From contig CAWAIF010000003.1 of NCBI GenBank assembly GCA_963782055.1, forward strand, positions 4,448,001 through 4,512,000: a DNA stretch of 64,000 bases, written 5' to 3'. This document shows positions 39,952-51,394 of the stretch, one piece after another (the first letter of the stretch is position 1; every line of letters begins with the position of its first letter). The notes beneath the pieces were generated by a model. It made no database searches. It was not told the origin of the DNA and saw nothing but the letters and a program-made list of their open reading frames with translations. A program made the position numbers and the translations under genes. The stretch comes from an uncultured delta proteobacterium (GTDB lineage: Bacteria; Myxococcota_A; Polyangia; Polyangiales; Polyangiaceae).

Positions 39952-40545
39952 ATGGCGAATCCCTATGTGCAGCCGCAGCAGCCGATGCCGCCGAAGGGCG
40001 GTGGCGCCGGGACCATCGTCCTCATCGTGCTCGGTGTCGTTGTCGCGGTGATCGTGGTGGTGGGCATACTCGCGGTGCTCGCGATCGCCGGCGTTCACAA
40101 GTACATCGCGGCGGCGAAGACCGCAGAGGCAACCTCCAACCTCGGATTGATGGCGGTGGATGCCGCCAGCGCTTACACGCGCGACAAGACGCTCGACGGC
40201 GCCAGGACGGTCTCGTGCCTATGCGGCAAGGCGAGCGCGCCGGTCCCGACGACCGTTCCGGCAAGCAGGAAGTACGCCTCCTCGCCGGCCGACTGGACCA
40301 CAGGCGACGCCCTCAACGGGTGGACCTGCCTGAGCTTCACCGTCGATGCACCGCAGTATTACCAGTACGACTACTCCTCGGACGGCGACTGCTCGGCGGG
40401 CGTCGCCGGCACGACCTTCTCGGCGGAGGCCCACGGCGATCTCGACGGCGACGGGACCACCTCCTCCTTCGTGCTCGACGGCACCGTGGTCGGCGGAAGC
40501 GTCGTGGTCGCGCCGATGCCGAAGGAGACCAACCCGCAGGAGTGA
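39952..40545 (+). CDS. Pilin-like protein
   Basis: Hydrophobic helix 'VVGILAVLAI' plus 'KYIAAAKTAEATSNL'; C-terminal 'AHGDLDGDG'. Confidence 0.7.
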   Translation: MANPYVQPQQPMPPKGGGAGTIVLIVLGVVVAVIVVVGILAVLAIAGVHKYIAAAKTAEATSNLGLMAVDAASAYTRDKTLDGARTVSCLCGKASAPVPTTVPASRKYASSPADWTTGDALNGWTCLSFTVDAPQYYQYDYSSDGDCSAGVAGTTFSAEAHGDLDGDGTTSSFVLDGTVVGGSVVVAPMPKETNPQE

Positions 40546-40887
40546 CGGGGCTCCGGCCTCGCCCCGGGCGTCACCTTCGCCCGGTGTTCGCCGCTTCGAG
40601 GAGCCGGCGGAGCTTCGTGTGGCGGTACGGAGTGTCCTTGCGCCGGTTGTCGGCGCACCACGAGCCAGGCCGGAGGGCTACTTCGAGAGCATCTCCTTCT
40701 TGAGCAAGAGCCAGCGCCGCATCGTGCGCCTGGAGCTCTCGCAGGAAGACTTTCCCGGCTCGATCTACGTCGTGCTTCACGCTACCAAGCCCGGCGAGCG
40801 CCGGAGATCGCCCCTCGCATGCGCGTGTTCGAGGTCGATCCGCCGGGTGCTCAGGCGTGGAAGCGCCCAGCGCAGGCGTGTGTCCGC

Positions 40888-41796
40888 TCAGCTGGGCTTC
40901 ATGTGGACCTTCGCCCAGGCGGCGAAGGTGGTGAACCCGCCCGGCACGAGCGACCTCGCGGCGGCGACGACCTTGTCGTGGTCCGGCCCGAAGTACGTGT
41001 GCGCGGCGAAGTACTGGAACATCTGCCGCATCTCCGGCGCGCCCGGATAGAACGTGTCGTAGACCTCGGCGGGGACCTGCATCACCTCCAGCTTGTGGCC
41101 CTGCGAGTTCAGCGTCTCCGCGAAGTCGCTCCACGAGTACACGCCGCCGCAGACGCCAACGTAGCTGCCGTCGGGGAGCGTGTCGGAGCCGAACGCCGCG
41201 GCGACCGCCCGGCCAACCTCGGTGACGTCCCCGGCGTGGATCACGCGCGCGGCGGGATCCATCGGCACGGCCCAACCCTTGGCGCCGTTCGGGAGCGGCT
41301 GCGGGCCCATCATCGTGAGGAAGTTCTGGAAGTACATCGGCGCCATCACGAAGGTGTGGCGCGGGAAGCCCGCGGCCTCGACGACGTCGTCGACGAGAGC
41401 CTTGCCGGCGAAGTGCAGGACGTGGAGGGTGCCGTTCGTCAGCTTCTCGGTGTTCGGCAGCGTCGACCAGATCAGGTGCTGCACGTTCGCCGCGCGCGCC
41501 GCCTTCACGGCTCCGGCGCCGACCTCGGTCTCGCGCTGCATCTGGTTCGGGTCCCAGAAGTTCGTCACCACGAACGCGCCGTGCGCACCCGCGAACGCGG
41601 GACCCAGCGTGGCGGGGTCGAGCATGTCGCCCTTCACCACCTCGACGCCGCGGGCCTCGAGCTTGCTCGCCGCGTCGCCGGCGGGGTTGCGGCTCACCAC
41701 GCGCACTCCGAACTCGCCGGCCGCCAGCAGCGCGTCCACGACGCCGCCGCCCTGAAGGCCAGTCCCACCCAACACGGTCACGATCGGCTTGCTCAT
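40888..41796 (-). CDS. NmrA/HSCARG-family NAD(P)-binding protein
   Basis: 'VLGGTGLQGGGVV', 'AFVVTNFW', 'HFAGK'. Confidence 0.92.
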   Translation of the reverse strand: MSKPIVTVLGGTGLQGGGVVDALLAAGEFGVRVVSRNPAGDAASKLEARGVEVVKGDMLDPATLGPAFAGAHGAFVVTNFWDPNQMQRETEVGAGAVKAARAANVQHLIWSTLPNTEKLTNGTLHVLHFAGKALVDDVVEAAGFPRHTFVMAPMYFQNFLTMMGPQPLPNGAKGWAVPMDPAARVIHAGDVTEVGRAVAAAFGSDTLPDGSYVGVCGGVYSWSDFAETLNSQGHKLEVMQVPAEVYDTFYPGAPEMRQMFQYFAAHTYFGPDHDKVVAAARSLVPGGFTTFAAWAKVHMKPS

Positions 41797-42120
41797 GGTT
41801 CTCTCCGGTGGCCGTGCGAATGCCGGCAAATCTAGTCGATGCCGCCAGGCGGCGACGGGTTGTGGAGGCCAGTTCAAGATCGCGACATCGGATGTCGTAC
41901 CGGGGCGCTTCGCGGCGGCTAGCCGCCTGGTCGGGAGCATGCGTCAAGGGACAGCCCGACCGTTCCGCCGCCGCCACCGCGCGGCGCTGCGCGGCCTGTT
42001 TTGGAGGGAGAGCACGTCGCGCGGGCGCCAGCTTCGGCATGGCCGGTCGAGGGTAGCGTGATCGGCTCCAAGCCCAGCTCGCCACGGCACATGAAGCGTG
42101 GTTCAATTCACTTCGAGCAA

Positions 42121-45100
42121 ATGGGGCCCGGACACCTCGTGGCGAATCGGTTCGAGATCGAGGCCGCCGCCGGTACCGGGGGGATGGCGACCGTCTACAC
42201 GGCCATCGACCGTCAGTCCGGAGTGCGCGTCGCGCTCAAGGTGCTGCGCGGCGCGGGCGCCGCTTTCCCGGAGCGGTTCGCGCGGGAGGCCGACGTCCTC
42301 GCCGAGCTGTGCCACCCCGGCATCGTCCGCTACGTCGCGCACGGCGCCGTGGAGGGGCAGCAGTACCTCGCGATGGAGTGGCTGGAGGGCGAGGATTCTC
42401 GCGCGCCGCCTCGCACGCACGACTATCCCGCTCGACGACACGCTCTCGATCGGCGCGTCCGCCGCGCGAGCGCTCGCGGCGGCGCACGGTCGCGGCGTCG
42501 TCCACCGGGACATCAAGCCGAGCAATCTGTTTCTCATGCGCGGCCAAGCACACGACGTGAAGCTGGTCGACTTCGGCATCGCGCGGTTCAGCCTCGACCA
42601 GCGGCCCGAGCTCACGGCGACGGGGTTGGTGCTCGGGACGCCCGGGTACATGGCACCCGAGCAGGTGCGGGGCGCAAAGGATCTCGACGGCAGCGCCGAC
42701 GTGTTTTCGCTCGGGTGCGTGCTGTTCAAGTGCCTCACCGGGAAGTCGCCCTTCGTCGCCGACAACGTCGTTGGCGTGCTCGCAAAGATCCTCCTCGAAG
42801 AGGCGCCGCGCGTCGCCGATCGGGTCGAAGGGATCCCCGGCGCCCTCGACGACCTCGTCGCTCGAATGCTGGCGAAGGATCCGGCAGCGCGCCCCGACGA
42901 GGTCACCGTGTCGGTGGAGCTGGAGCGGTTGCGCACCAGCGACGAACCGCAGACGCTTCGGCGCAGCCCGGAGATCTCCGCGCTCGGCGGGGACGAGCAG
43001 CGCGTGTGGAGCGTGGTGCTCGTGCGCCGACCGAACGAGGCCGGCGACGGCCCCACGCTCGCCGATAGCCACGAGCGCACGCTACCCGAGCTCGATCGGC
43101 TCGCTCCCTCGATCGATGCGTTGCGGGAGGTCGCCGCGGAGCAACGCGGCCGGCTCGAAGCGCTCGTGGACGGCTCACTCCTGGTGACCATCGAGGGCAC
43201 CGCGACCGACATGGCGGCGCACGCCGCGCGGTGCGCCCTCGCGCTGCGCGCGCGGATCACGACAGCGCCCATGGCGCTCGCGACGGGCCGGGCGACCGCG
43301 CAGGGCCGTCTGCCGATCGGAGAGGTCACCGACCGCGCGGCGCGGATGCTGGACAGCGGGTGGACCGCCGGCGTGCGGATCGACGACGCCACCGCGGGCC
43401 TGCTCGATTCCCGCTTCGAGGTGACCGGCGACGGGCGCGGCCTCGAGCTCTCGAGTGAACGCGAGCCGGTCGAGCAGCCGCGGACCCTCCTCGGCAGGAC
43501 GACGCCCTTCGTCGGACGGGAGCGCGAGATCGCGACGGTCCAGGGGACGTTCGACGAGTGCGTCGCCGAGCCCATCGCGAGGTGCGTGCTCCTGCTCGGG
43601 CCGGCCGGCATCGGCAAATCGCGGATCATCCACGAGCTCGTTCCGAAGCTCGAAGCGTCCGGCGCGGTCGTGTGGACGGGCCGCGGTGACCTGATGGGCC
43701 GAGGCTCCGCGCTGGGGCTGCTCGCGCCATCCATCCGGCGCGAGGCCGGCGTGCTCGAGGGCGAGGCCCCCGCCGTTCGCCAGCGCAAGGTCGCTGCGCG
43801 CGTGGCCCGTCGCGTGGCCGCGCCCATGCGCGCGCGCGTCGCCGCCTTCCTCGGGGACCTCATCGGCGCGGACTTCCCCGACGACTACGCCCCCGAGGTG
43901 CGCCCGGCGCGCGCCGACGTGCTCGTGCGGGGCGACCAGATCCGCCGCGCTTGGCTGGATTTCGTGGAGGCCGAGCTCGAGGTCCATCCTGTCGTGCTCG
44001 TGCTGGAGCACGTCCAGTGGGGCGACATGGCGTCCTTCAAGCTCATCGAGCTCGCACTGAAGAACCTTCGCGCGCGCCCCTTCTTCGTCCTCGGCGCGGC
44101 GCGGCCCGAGGTGCGGGACGCGTTCCCCGGGCTGTGGGATGGGCAAGAGGTGCAGGAGCTCGCGCTGTCGGGGTTGAGGACGCGGGCGAGCGAGCGGCTC
44201 GTTCGCGCCGTGCTGGGCGAGGCGCCGACCAAGGACGCGGTCGCGCGCATGGTGGACCGCGCCGGCGGCAACGCGTTCTACCTGGAGGAGATCGTGCGGG
44301 CGGTGGCGGGCGGGCGCGGCTCCGATTCGCTCCCGGACACGGTGCTGGCGATGGTGCAGGCACGGCTCGACGTGGTCGATGCCGACCTGCGCCGCGTGCT
44401 ACGCGCGGCGAGCGTCTTTGGCCAGGTGTTCTGGGCGGGCGGCGTCGCCGCGCTCCTCGCCGCCGAGTTGCCGTCGATCGAGGAGCGGCTGGCCGAGCTC
44501 GAGCACCTGGAGATCATCCACCGCGTGGGAGCGGGGAAGTTTCCTCGCGAGGCCGACTGGACGTTCCATCAGGCGGTCGTGCGCGACGCCGCCTACGCGA
44601 TGCTCACGGAGGCCGATCGCACGCTCGGGCATCGCCTGGCCGCGCTCTGGCTCGAGCACGCGGGCGAGCGCGAGCCCATCGTGCTGGCGGAGCACTTCGA
44701 ACGCGGCGCCGAACCGGCTCGCGCCATTGACTGGTACATGAGAGGAGCGCAGCAGGCGCTGGGCGGCAACGACTTCGCCGGCGCGATCGGGACCGCCGAG
44801 CGCGGCGTCGAGTGCGGAGCCTCTGGAACCACGCTCGGGATGCTGCGTCTCGTCCAGGCGGAGGCCCAGCAGTGGCGAGGCGAGTACGCCGAGATGAGCG
44901 AGAGCGCGTTTGAGGCCCAAGCGGTGCTTCCGCGACGCAGCGACGCATGGTACACGGCGCTCGCGCAGATCGCGGTGGCGACCGGCAGCCTCGGCAACGC
45001 GACCGCGCTCGTCGCGTCGACCGAGCCGCTCTTCCATGACAAGCCGCGCACCAATTCGCAGGTGGCCGCGTGGGACCGCGTCGCCGCTCACTTCGCCACC

Positions 45101-45970
45101 TGCGGCCGACTGGACCTCGCGAAGTCGCTGTGGGACGCGATCGAAGGGGTCGCCAGCGATCTCGACTCCCCGTGGATCCACCGGGCGCGCGGCCTCAAGG
45201 CGCTGTTCGAGGGCGACCCAGCCGAGTACGCGAGCTTCTCGACGGCGGCGGCGGACGCCTTCGAGAGGTCCGGCGATCTGCGGCAGGCGTGTCAGCAACG
45301 AAGCAACGCGGGTGACGCGATGAAGGAGCTGGGCGACTACGCCGTCGCCGAGGCGACGCTGCGCAAGGCTCTGTTGGACGCGGAGCGGATGGGCCTCACC
45401 TACGTCGCGACCCATGCGAAGCTGAACCTCGCCGCCGTGCTCGCGCGCGCGGGGACGCCTCACGAGGCGGTCCGCTTCGCTCGTGCGGCCGTGGAGGAGG
45501 CTCACGCGCAGAACCACCCGCGGTTCGAATGTGCGGCGCGAGCCTTCCTTGTGCTCGCACATCATCGGGCCGGCGAGCTCGAGGACGCCGAGCGGGCGGC
45601 GGCGCAGGCCACGGAGCTCGCGCAGTCCGGCGTGCCGCCGTGGGTGCCCTTCGCGCGCGCGCTCCAGGCCGCCGTCGACCTCGCGCGCGATCGCCCCGCC
45701 GCCGCGCTCTCCGCGGCGCGCGACGCGAACGACCGCTTGCTGGCGTTCGGTGCCGTCGAGGAGGGCGAGGCCTTCGTCCGCCTGGTCGTCGCCGAGGCGC
45801 TCGAGGCCAACCACGATCGCGCCGCCGCGAAGGCCGCCGTCGGCGAGGCGCGCGTCGCGCTGCTCGCGCGTGCGGAGCGGATCAGGGATCTGCGCTATCG
45901 GAAGACCTTCCTGGAGAACATCAGCGAGCATGCTCGGACGATCGAGCTCGCTCGGGCGTGGGGGGCCTGA
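42121..45970 (+). CDS. Ser/Thr kinase-AAA ATPase-TPR protein, single frameshift at about 42396
   Basis: 'GTGGMATVY...VALK' in ORF 42001; 'HRDIKPSN', 'DFG', 'FVGRERE', 'GPAGIGKS', 'GGNAFYLEE' in ORF 42098; extra T in gaggattctc. Confidence 0.85.
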
Positions 45971-46098
45971 GCAAACTCGACGCCGGCTCGTCGGCGAGCC
46001 GAAGACGCTTCGACGTCGTCTGAGGGCGCCGCAGCCTTCATCCTGGCAGTCGAGCCGCCGGTCTCGAACCACACGGCGTCGGCATCGTCCGCGGGCAG

Positions 46099-46128
46099 CG
46101 GCCGCGGGTCCGCGGCCGAGTTTTTTTT
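46099..46128 (+). terminator. Intrinsic terminator-like hairpin
   Basis: CGGCCGCG-ggtc-CGCGGCCG followed by ag and T8. Confidence 0.55.
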
Positions 46129-46195
46129 CCCTCACCGAGGGAAGGTACCCAGGGTCTGTACGTACAGTGTACACCTCGTTCCAAGGAGACCTTCC

Positions 46196-47242
46196 ATGTC
46201 GCGCCATCTGCTCGTCGCTGCTGCCCTTTCCATGACCGCGTGTGCCATGCTGCCGGGCGCGTCCGACCCCGCCGCGTCTTCGTCGAAGCCGTCGACCGAC
46301 ACCGCAACCGTGGAGCCGACGAAGAACGCCGATCCCGCGCCGGTCGCCGACAAGACCCCCGACGCCGTGGCCCCCGCGGCCCCCGGAAAGCGGGACGGGC
46401 AGATCGTGTTCTCCAACGCGCCCATCGGCAAGGATGACACCGACGACGCGAAGCTCGTCACGGCCAGCACGCTCGACAAGCCGCTCTACGTCCGCGCCTA
46501 CCTGCCCAAGACGCCGGCCGGCATCCTCCAGGACAACGAGCAGAGGTACTGCTCGGACGGCAGCCAGGTGAAGTACGCGTTCTACGCCACGCTCGAGGGC
46601 TCGGATCCGCACAACATGGACAGCGCGGGCACCATGACGACCAAGGACAAGCTCAAGAAGGATTTGTTCCGCTCGCTGCGCAGCATGAGCATCGACGACT
46701 CGAAGGGAGAGCCCGTGTCGGTCGTGCCGCAGGCGCCGTTCGACATCACCACCGGGTTCGCCCACACCGACTTCCCGGCCACGTATCGCTTCATCGCCCT
46801 CACCTCCATGATGAAGCCGGGCAAGAACGTGGTCACCCTGCGCTATCGCATCGGCTGTGACGGGCACCCTGGCAAGAACAGGCGGGAGCTCACGGACGTC
46901 GCGACGGGGCAGATCACCTTCGACGTCAAGGCCAGCGACCTGAGCGCCTTCTCGCGCAAGGTCATCCACTTCGCGCCCAGCGCCGACGCGGCCATGGCGA
47001 GCAAGCTCAAGCCCGCGTACACCAAGGCGCTCTCGAAAGGGACGAGGCTGGTCAAGTTCAGCGCCGACAAGCCCGTCGTGCAGTCGCTCAGGAAGCGCTA
47101 CACGAACGTGCGCGCGATCGTCCGACACAAGAGCGGCAAGTGCGGCTGGATCTACGGCAGCTACCAGGACCCGAACAAGTCGAACACGTTCACCGACGGG
47201 CACTTCGTCGCGAACGGCGAGTTCGCCATCCCCTGCCCGTAG
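46196..47242 (+). CDS. putative lipoprotein
   Basis: RBS ggag; lipobox-like MTAC; Pro/Thr linker; 348 aa. Confidence 0.75.
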   Translation: MSRHLLVAAALSMTACAMLPGASDPAASSSKPSTDTATVEPTKNADPAPVADKTPDAVAPAAPGKRDGQIVFSNAPIGKDDTDDAKLVTASTLDKPLYVRAYLPKTPAGILQDNEQRYCSDGSQVKYAFYATLEGSDPHNMDSAGTMTTKDKLKKDLFRSLRSMSIDDSKGEPVSVVPQAPFDITTGFAHTDFPATYRFIALTSMMKPGKNVVTLRYRIGCDGHPGKNRRELTDVATGQITFDVKASDLSAFSRKVIHFAPSADAAMASKLKPAYTKALSKGTRLVKFSADKPVVQSLRKRYTNVRAIVRHKSGKCGWIYGSYQDPNKSNTFTDGHFVANGEFAIPCP

Positions 47243-47562
47243 CGAGCGCCCCGGGGGGGGGCGCCGTCACGGCCGCGCGTCGTCGGCTGGGCGCTGAGCG
47301 CGCGGTGCCCTCGGCGGACATCAGGTCGCCGTACATGGTGCTCCGGACGGTCAAAGCGGTCGAAATCGAGGAAGATAGTCGAGCGAGGGCGCGCATCATG
47401 ACGAGATGAGCGCCCGCGAGGCGTGGCGCCGCGCGGGCTTCGAACCCGCGCGGAGTGTGGTCAGCGACGCACCACGCGGAGCGCGACTGTGGCCGGGCGG
47501 GGACCTCCGTCCCTTCTTTCGCCGACCGGTAACCGGCCCTCGCTGCTAGGCTCCGGTCCGCA

Positions 47563-50181
47563 GTGAAATCCGTCAAGGTTGGCCGATCGCTCCTGGAGCT
47601 CGAGACCGCGCCGCTGCCGCTGCCGACGCGCTCGTGCGAGCCATTCGGGCTCCTCTACCACCCCGTCGAGAAGTGCCTGTGGATGCTGGATTTCACTTCC
47701 GGCCAGCTGTGGCGCTACGCGCACGAGCGGTGGTCGCTCATCTCGAACGCGGTCGACCTCATGCCCACCGGGTACTCGAGAACGTACTCGTGGAGCTTCC
47801 ATTTCTACTGGGATGGCGAGCGCAAAGCCCCAGTCTGCTTCGCGACGGGGTACGGCGGCAGCGGGCTCCCGATCATGGGCGTCTGGGACGGCAAGCGCTT
47901 CGCGGAGTCGACGCCGAAGGGCGCGCTGAAGAGCTCGAACGGCGACGCCTTCGCGTGGGACGCGGGGCGCAACGTCTTGGTCCACTTCGTCGGCTCCACC
48001 AAGCTCCGGGCCCGCGAGCTCGATGCCACGGGCGTGTGGCGTGACGTCGGGCCCGCGCAGGAACTGGTGACCGATCCGGTCGACCTGATGGCCGGCTACG
48101 ATGGCGATCTCGGCGCGACGGTGTGCATCAGTGCGGCCGGCATCGCCATCGCGTGGGACGGCGTGCGCTGGAAGTCCGTGCCCGTCGAGACGACCTACCC
48201 GTGGTTTCCGTACGCCACCGCGCCGGCGCCTCGCACGCGCGCGATGGTCTTCGCCTACGCGCCGCGCGAGACGGGCGAATGGCCAGCCCACGTGCTCGAG
48301 CAGAGCAAGGGCAAGCTCCGGCCCAGGCCCGTCACCACCATGCGGCTCTCCGGCGGCATGGCCCACGACCCCGATCGCGACGTCACCTACGTGTTCGGTC
48401 CGTGGTTCGGCAGCGGCACGCTCCAGCGCACGCTCGGCACCTACGACGGGGGATCCTTCCAGCCGGCCGGCCGCGCTTGCGCCGCGCAAGTGCCGCTCGC
48501 CGGCCCGGGACACTTCTTCTGGGACGGCGTGGGGTCGACGTACTACGAGCTCTATGTCGCGCCCGGCACGACGACGCCGCTCGCTTCGATGCTGCCCACG
48601 TTGCCACCGAGCATCGGCGTAGCGATGACGCACCACGGGATCTACTCCGTGGCGAGCACCGGCGAGGTCGCGTCGTGCGCCTTCGAGGGCAAGGCCTTTG
48701 CGAAGTCGACCGCAGCTCCGCGCGGCTTCACCCCACGCACCGCGCCATCCCTTGGCGCAGATTACGACGGTGACCGCGTGCTCCTCGTGAGCGGCACGCC
48801 CACGACCGACGGCCCCTTCGCGAAGGACGCCTGGCTCCTGCAGGCGGGCAAGTGGAAGAAGCTCGCGATCACCGGGCCCGCGCCTGCGCTCGGCAACGCC
48901 AAGCTGACGTACGACGCCGCGCGCGCGCGCTGGATCGTCGCAGGTGGGCGCGACAGGTCCTTCAAGGAAGGGCAAAAGACGTTCGAGACGGACGAGGCAA
49001 AGTGGAAGAGCTTCGTGACCCGGTTCGTGAACGCGAAGGGCAAAGCGACCGGCGCGGCGGCCGTCGCGTTGATGGCGTACGACGCGCCATCCAGGCAAAC
49101 CTTCTGTCTCGCCGGCCGCTACGGGTTCGATCAGGTCTACGTCTACGAGGGCGAGGGCGTGTGGCGGCTCGTCGACGAGACGTACACCAGGGGCGCCTAC
49201 GACGTCACGACCCGGCGTTTGGCGTGGCGTGAACTGCCGGGCGATGGTCTGGTTCGGTACCTGGACCTCGGCGCGCTCCTCTCTTCGTACGCCGCGGCAC
49301 ACATCGACGCGCCCGAGGGGAAGACGAAGGCAGAAGCGGCCAGGGCAGCGCCGCGTGCGATCGCCGGCGAAGTGTGGCTCCGCTACGAGGACGAAGGCTC
49401 CGACAAGGTCTGGTTCGCGCGCCTCGACGGGGCGTCGTTCACCGTGCGCTCTGGCAAACGCGGCGGCGCGCTGCAAGCGAAGACGACGTCTTGCAAGACC
49501 GCGGCGCTCGCCCGGGCGAAGTACACGCGCGCCGTGGAAGCGAAACTCGCCAGGGGCTACGAGCACGCGCCCGAGCGCGAAGCGATCGCGAGATTGCCGG
49601 GGCTGAAGGCCTGGCACATCGTCCGCAGCAAAGGAAAGGGCGACGGGTGGGGCGGCGTTCCGAGGGGCGTCGGCGTGCGCGAGTGGCCGGCGTGTGCAGA
49701 ATGCAAGGCTCCCCTGATCCACGTCGCCACGATCCACGCGCACCCCGAGCGGCTGCCGCTGAAGAAGCACGCGGCCTTGATGGCCTTCATTTGCGGCGGC
49801 GAGCTGTGCGAGTTCTGGGATCCCGAGATGGGCGCGAACAAGGTGCTCCTGCGCACCGCGGCCGATCTGGCAAAGCCAACGCTCGAGGCGCCGCCGAAAG
49901 GCGTGGAGACGGCCAGGCCCTGGGCCTTCGGCTACAAGGAGGTCTTCGAGATCGACGAAGCGCGCGAGCCCAACGCGCCGATGCTCGAGACCTGCGACAA
50001 GGTCGGCGGCTACCCCGCCTGGATCCAGCGCGACGATCGGCCCCGCTGCAGCCAATGCAAGAAGCCGATGCGCTTCGTCGCCCAGCTCAACGAGCACGAC
50101 CTGAACTTCGCGGGCGGCGGTATCAGCTACCTCTTCGTGTGCGAAGCCGAGCACAAGGCCGTGCTGCTGATGCAGCGGTAG
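47563..50181 (+). CDS. Multidomain protein: beta-propeller-like repeats, WGR domain and DUF1963/YwqG-like C-terminus
   Basis: 'GSDKVW...TVRSGKRG...KLARGY'; 'WPACAECKAPL', 'KVGGYPAWIQ..PRCSQCKKPMRFVAQL', 'NFAGGGISYLFVC'. Confidence 0.75.
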   Translation: MKSVKVGRSLLELETAPLPLPTRSCEPFGLLYHPVEKCLWMLDFTSGQLWRYAHERWSLISNAVDLMPTGYSRTYSWSFHFYWDGERKAPVCFATGYGGSGLPIMGVWDGKRFAESTPKGALKSSNGDAFAWDAGRNVLVHFVGSTKLRARELDATGVWRDVGPAQELVTDPVDLMAGYDGDLGATVCISAAGIAIAWDGVRWKSVPVETTYPWFPYATAPAPRTRAMVFAYAPRETGEWPAHVLEQSKGKLRPRPVTTMRLSGGMAHDPDRDVTYVFGPWFGSGTLQRTLGTYDGGSFQPAGRACAAQVPLAGPGHFFWDGVGSTYYELYVAPGTTTPLASMLPTLPPSIGVAMTHHGIYSVASTGEVASCAFEGKAFAKSTAAPRGFTPRTAPSLGADYDGDRVLLVSGTPTTDGPFAKDAWLLQAGKWKKLAITGPAPALGNAKLTYDAARARWIVAGGRDRSFKEGQKTFETDEAKWKSFVTRFVNAKGKATGAAAVALMAYDAPSRQTFCLAGRYGFDQVYVYEGEGVWRLVDETYTRGAYDVTTRRLAWRELPGDGLVRYLDLGALLSSYAAAHIDAPEGKTKAEAARAAPRAIAGEVWLRYEDEGSDKVWFARLDGASFTVRSGKRGGALQAKTTSCKTAALARAKYTRAVEAKLARGYEHAPEREAIARLPGLKAWHIVRSKGKGDGWGGVPRGVGVREWPACAECKAPLIHVATIHAHPERLPLKKHAALMAFICGGELCEFWDPEMGANKVLLRTAADLAKPTLEAPPKGVETARPWAFGYKEVFEIDEAREPNAPMLETCDKVGGYPAWIQRDDRPRCSQCKKPMRFVAQLNEHDLNFAGGGISYLFVCEAEHKAVLLMQR

Positions 50182-50262
50182 TCACGAGGGCGCTTCCGGC
50201 GGCCGTCGCGGCGACGGCCTTTCGGCTCGACCGCTCTACGATCCCCGGTTAGCCTGCGGCGC

Positions 50263-51258
50263 GTGAAGAAGCCGAAGCCGCGCACGATCGCTGCGCTGTG
50301 GACGATCCTCGACGCGGCCCGCGGCTCCACGAAGCCGAAGCCGGCAACGTCCGCGGCGCTCGCGAAGCTGCGCCGCGCCAGCGCCGATATCCATCCGAGC
50401 ATCTTCGAGTCACTCGCGGTCCACGACGGCGACGTGGCGCTCGACAGCTACACGCTGCTGTCCGCGAAGCAGATCGCGGATCGGCACCCGCCGCATCTCC
50501 TGTACTTCGGCAACGTCCCGTTCGCGATGGACGGAGGTGGCAACTACTACACGGTGAACAAGCAGGGCAAGGTGCTCGGCATCGATCGCGGGGACCGCTC
50601 CCACTTCGTCAAGGCGCAGAGCATCGCTGCCTGGTTCGAGGAGCTCGTGAAGGGCCTCACCAAGGGCACGCTCGAAGCCACCCCCGAGGGCTGGATCATC
50701 GAGAAGGAGGTCGTGCCGTCGGTCCCGCACCAGGAGGACGAGACAGAGCGCATCGAGGAGCCGTTCGCAACGGAGGTCACGGCGCACATCGAGGCCGGCG
50801 AGGTCGCCGCACTGAAGAAGCTGCTCGATGCCGGCACCGTCAAGGCCACGGCGCACCTCTGGACCGGTGCGACGCTGATCAACGTGGCGGCGAGCGCATC
50901 GCAGCTCGGCGTCGTGAAGCTCCTGGTCGCGCGCGGCTGCCCGGTCGACCACGGCGTCAAGACCGGCAAGCGCACCGCGCTCTTCATGGCGTGCTGGGGC
51001 CCCGGCCGGCCGGAGATCTTCGACTACACGCTCGCGCAGGGCGCCGATCCGAACGCGCAGACGTCGTTCGACGGCACACCGCTCCACGCCGCGATCATGT
51101 TCGACAACGCGGAGCTCGCGAAGCGCCTGATCGCGGCGGGCGCGGATCCCGAGCGCACGACCGCGGACGGCGTGACCGCCCGCGCCCTCGCGAAGAAGCA
51201 CGGCGTCGACCTCGGTGCCGCGGCCGCAGCTCCGAGTCCTCGAAAGCGAGCGAAGTAG
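50263..51258 (+). CDS. SMI1/KNR4-like domain plus ankyrin repeats
   Basis: 'ESLAVHDG', 'VPFAMDGGGNYY'; 'TALFMAC', 'GADPN', 'GTPLHAA'. Confidence 0.75.
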   Translation: MKKPKPRTIAALWTILDAARGSTKPKPATSAALAKLRRASADIHPSIFESLAVHDGDVALDSYTLLSAKQIADRHPPHLLYFGNVPFAMDGGGNYYTVNKQGKVLGIDRGDRSHFVKAQSIAAWFEELVKGLTKGTLEATPEGWIIEKEVVPSVPHQEDETERIEEPFATEVTAHIEAGEVAALKKLLDAGTVKATAHLWTGATLINVAASASQLGVVKLLVARGCPVDHGVKTGKRTALFMACWGPGRPEIFDYTLAQGADPNAQTSFDGTPLHAAIMFDNAELAKRLIAAGADPERTTADGVTARALAKKHGVDLGAAAAAPSPRKRAK

Positions 51259-51394
51259 GCGCCCCGTCGAGGTCTGAACGAGGACCGCCCTCTCAGCCTC
51301 CGGCGCGCCTGGTCCGCGGCGACGGGCCGGACGTTGGCCGGCGTCGACCACGCTCTGCGGCGTGAGGGGCACGGCTCGCAAGTCGCAGTCTCGG

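Noticed and set aside
47429..47453. tRNA T-arm-like hairpin (GGGTTCGAAGCCC on the minus strand)
   Set aside because: No acceptor, D or anticodon arms can be built around it.
51308..51333. Possible extra decayed L flank (cctggtccg-N10-ccggacg)
   Set aside because: Wrong internal spacing and no core; not counted.
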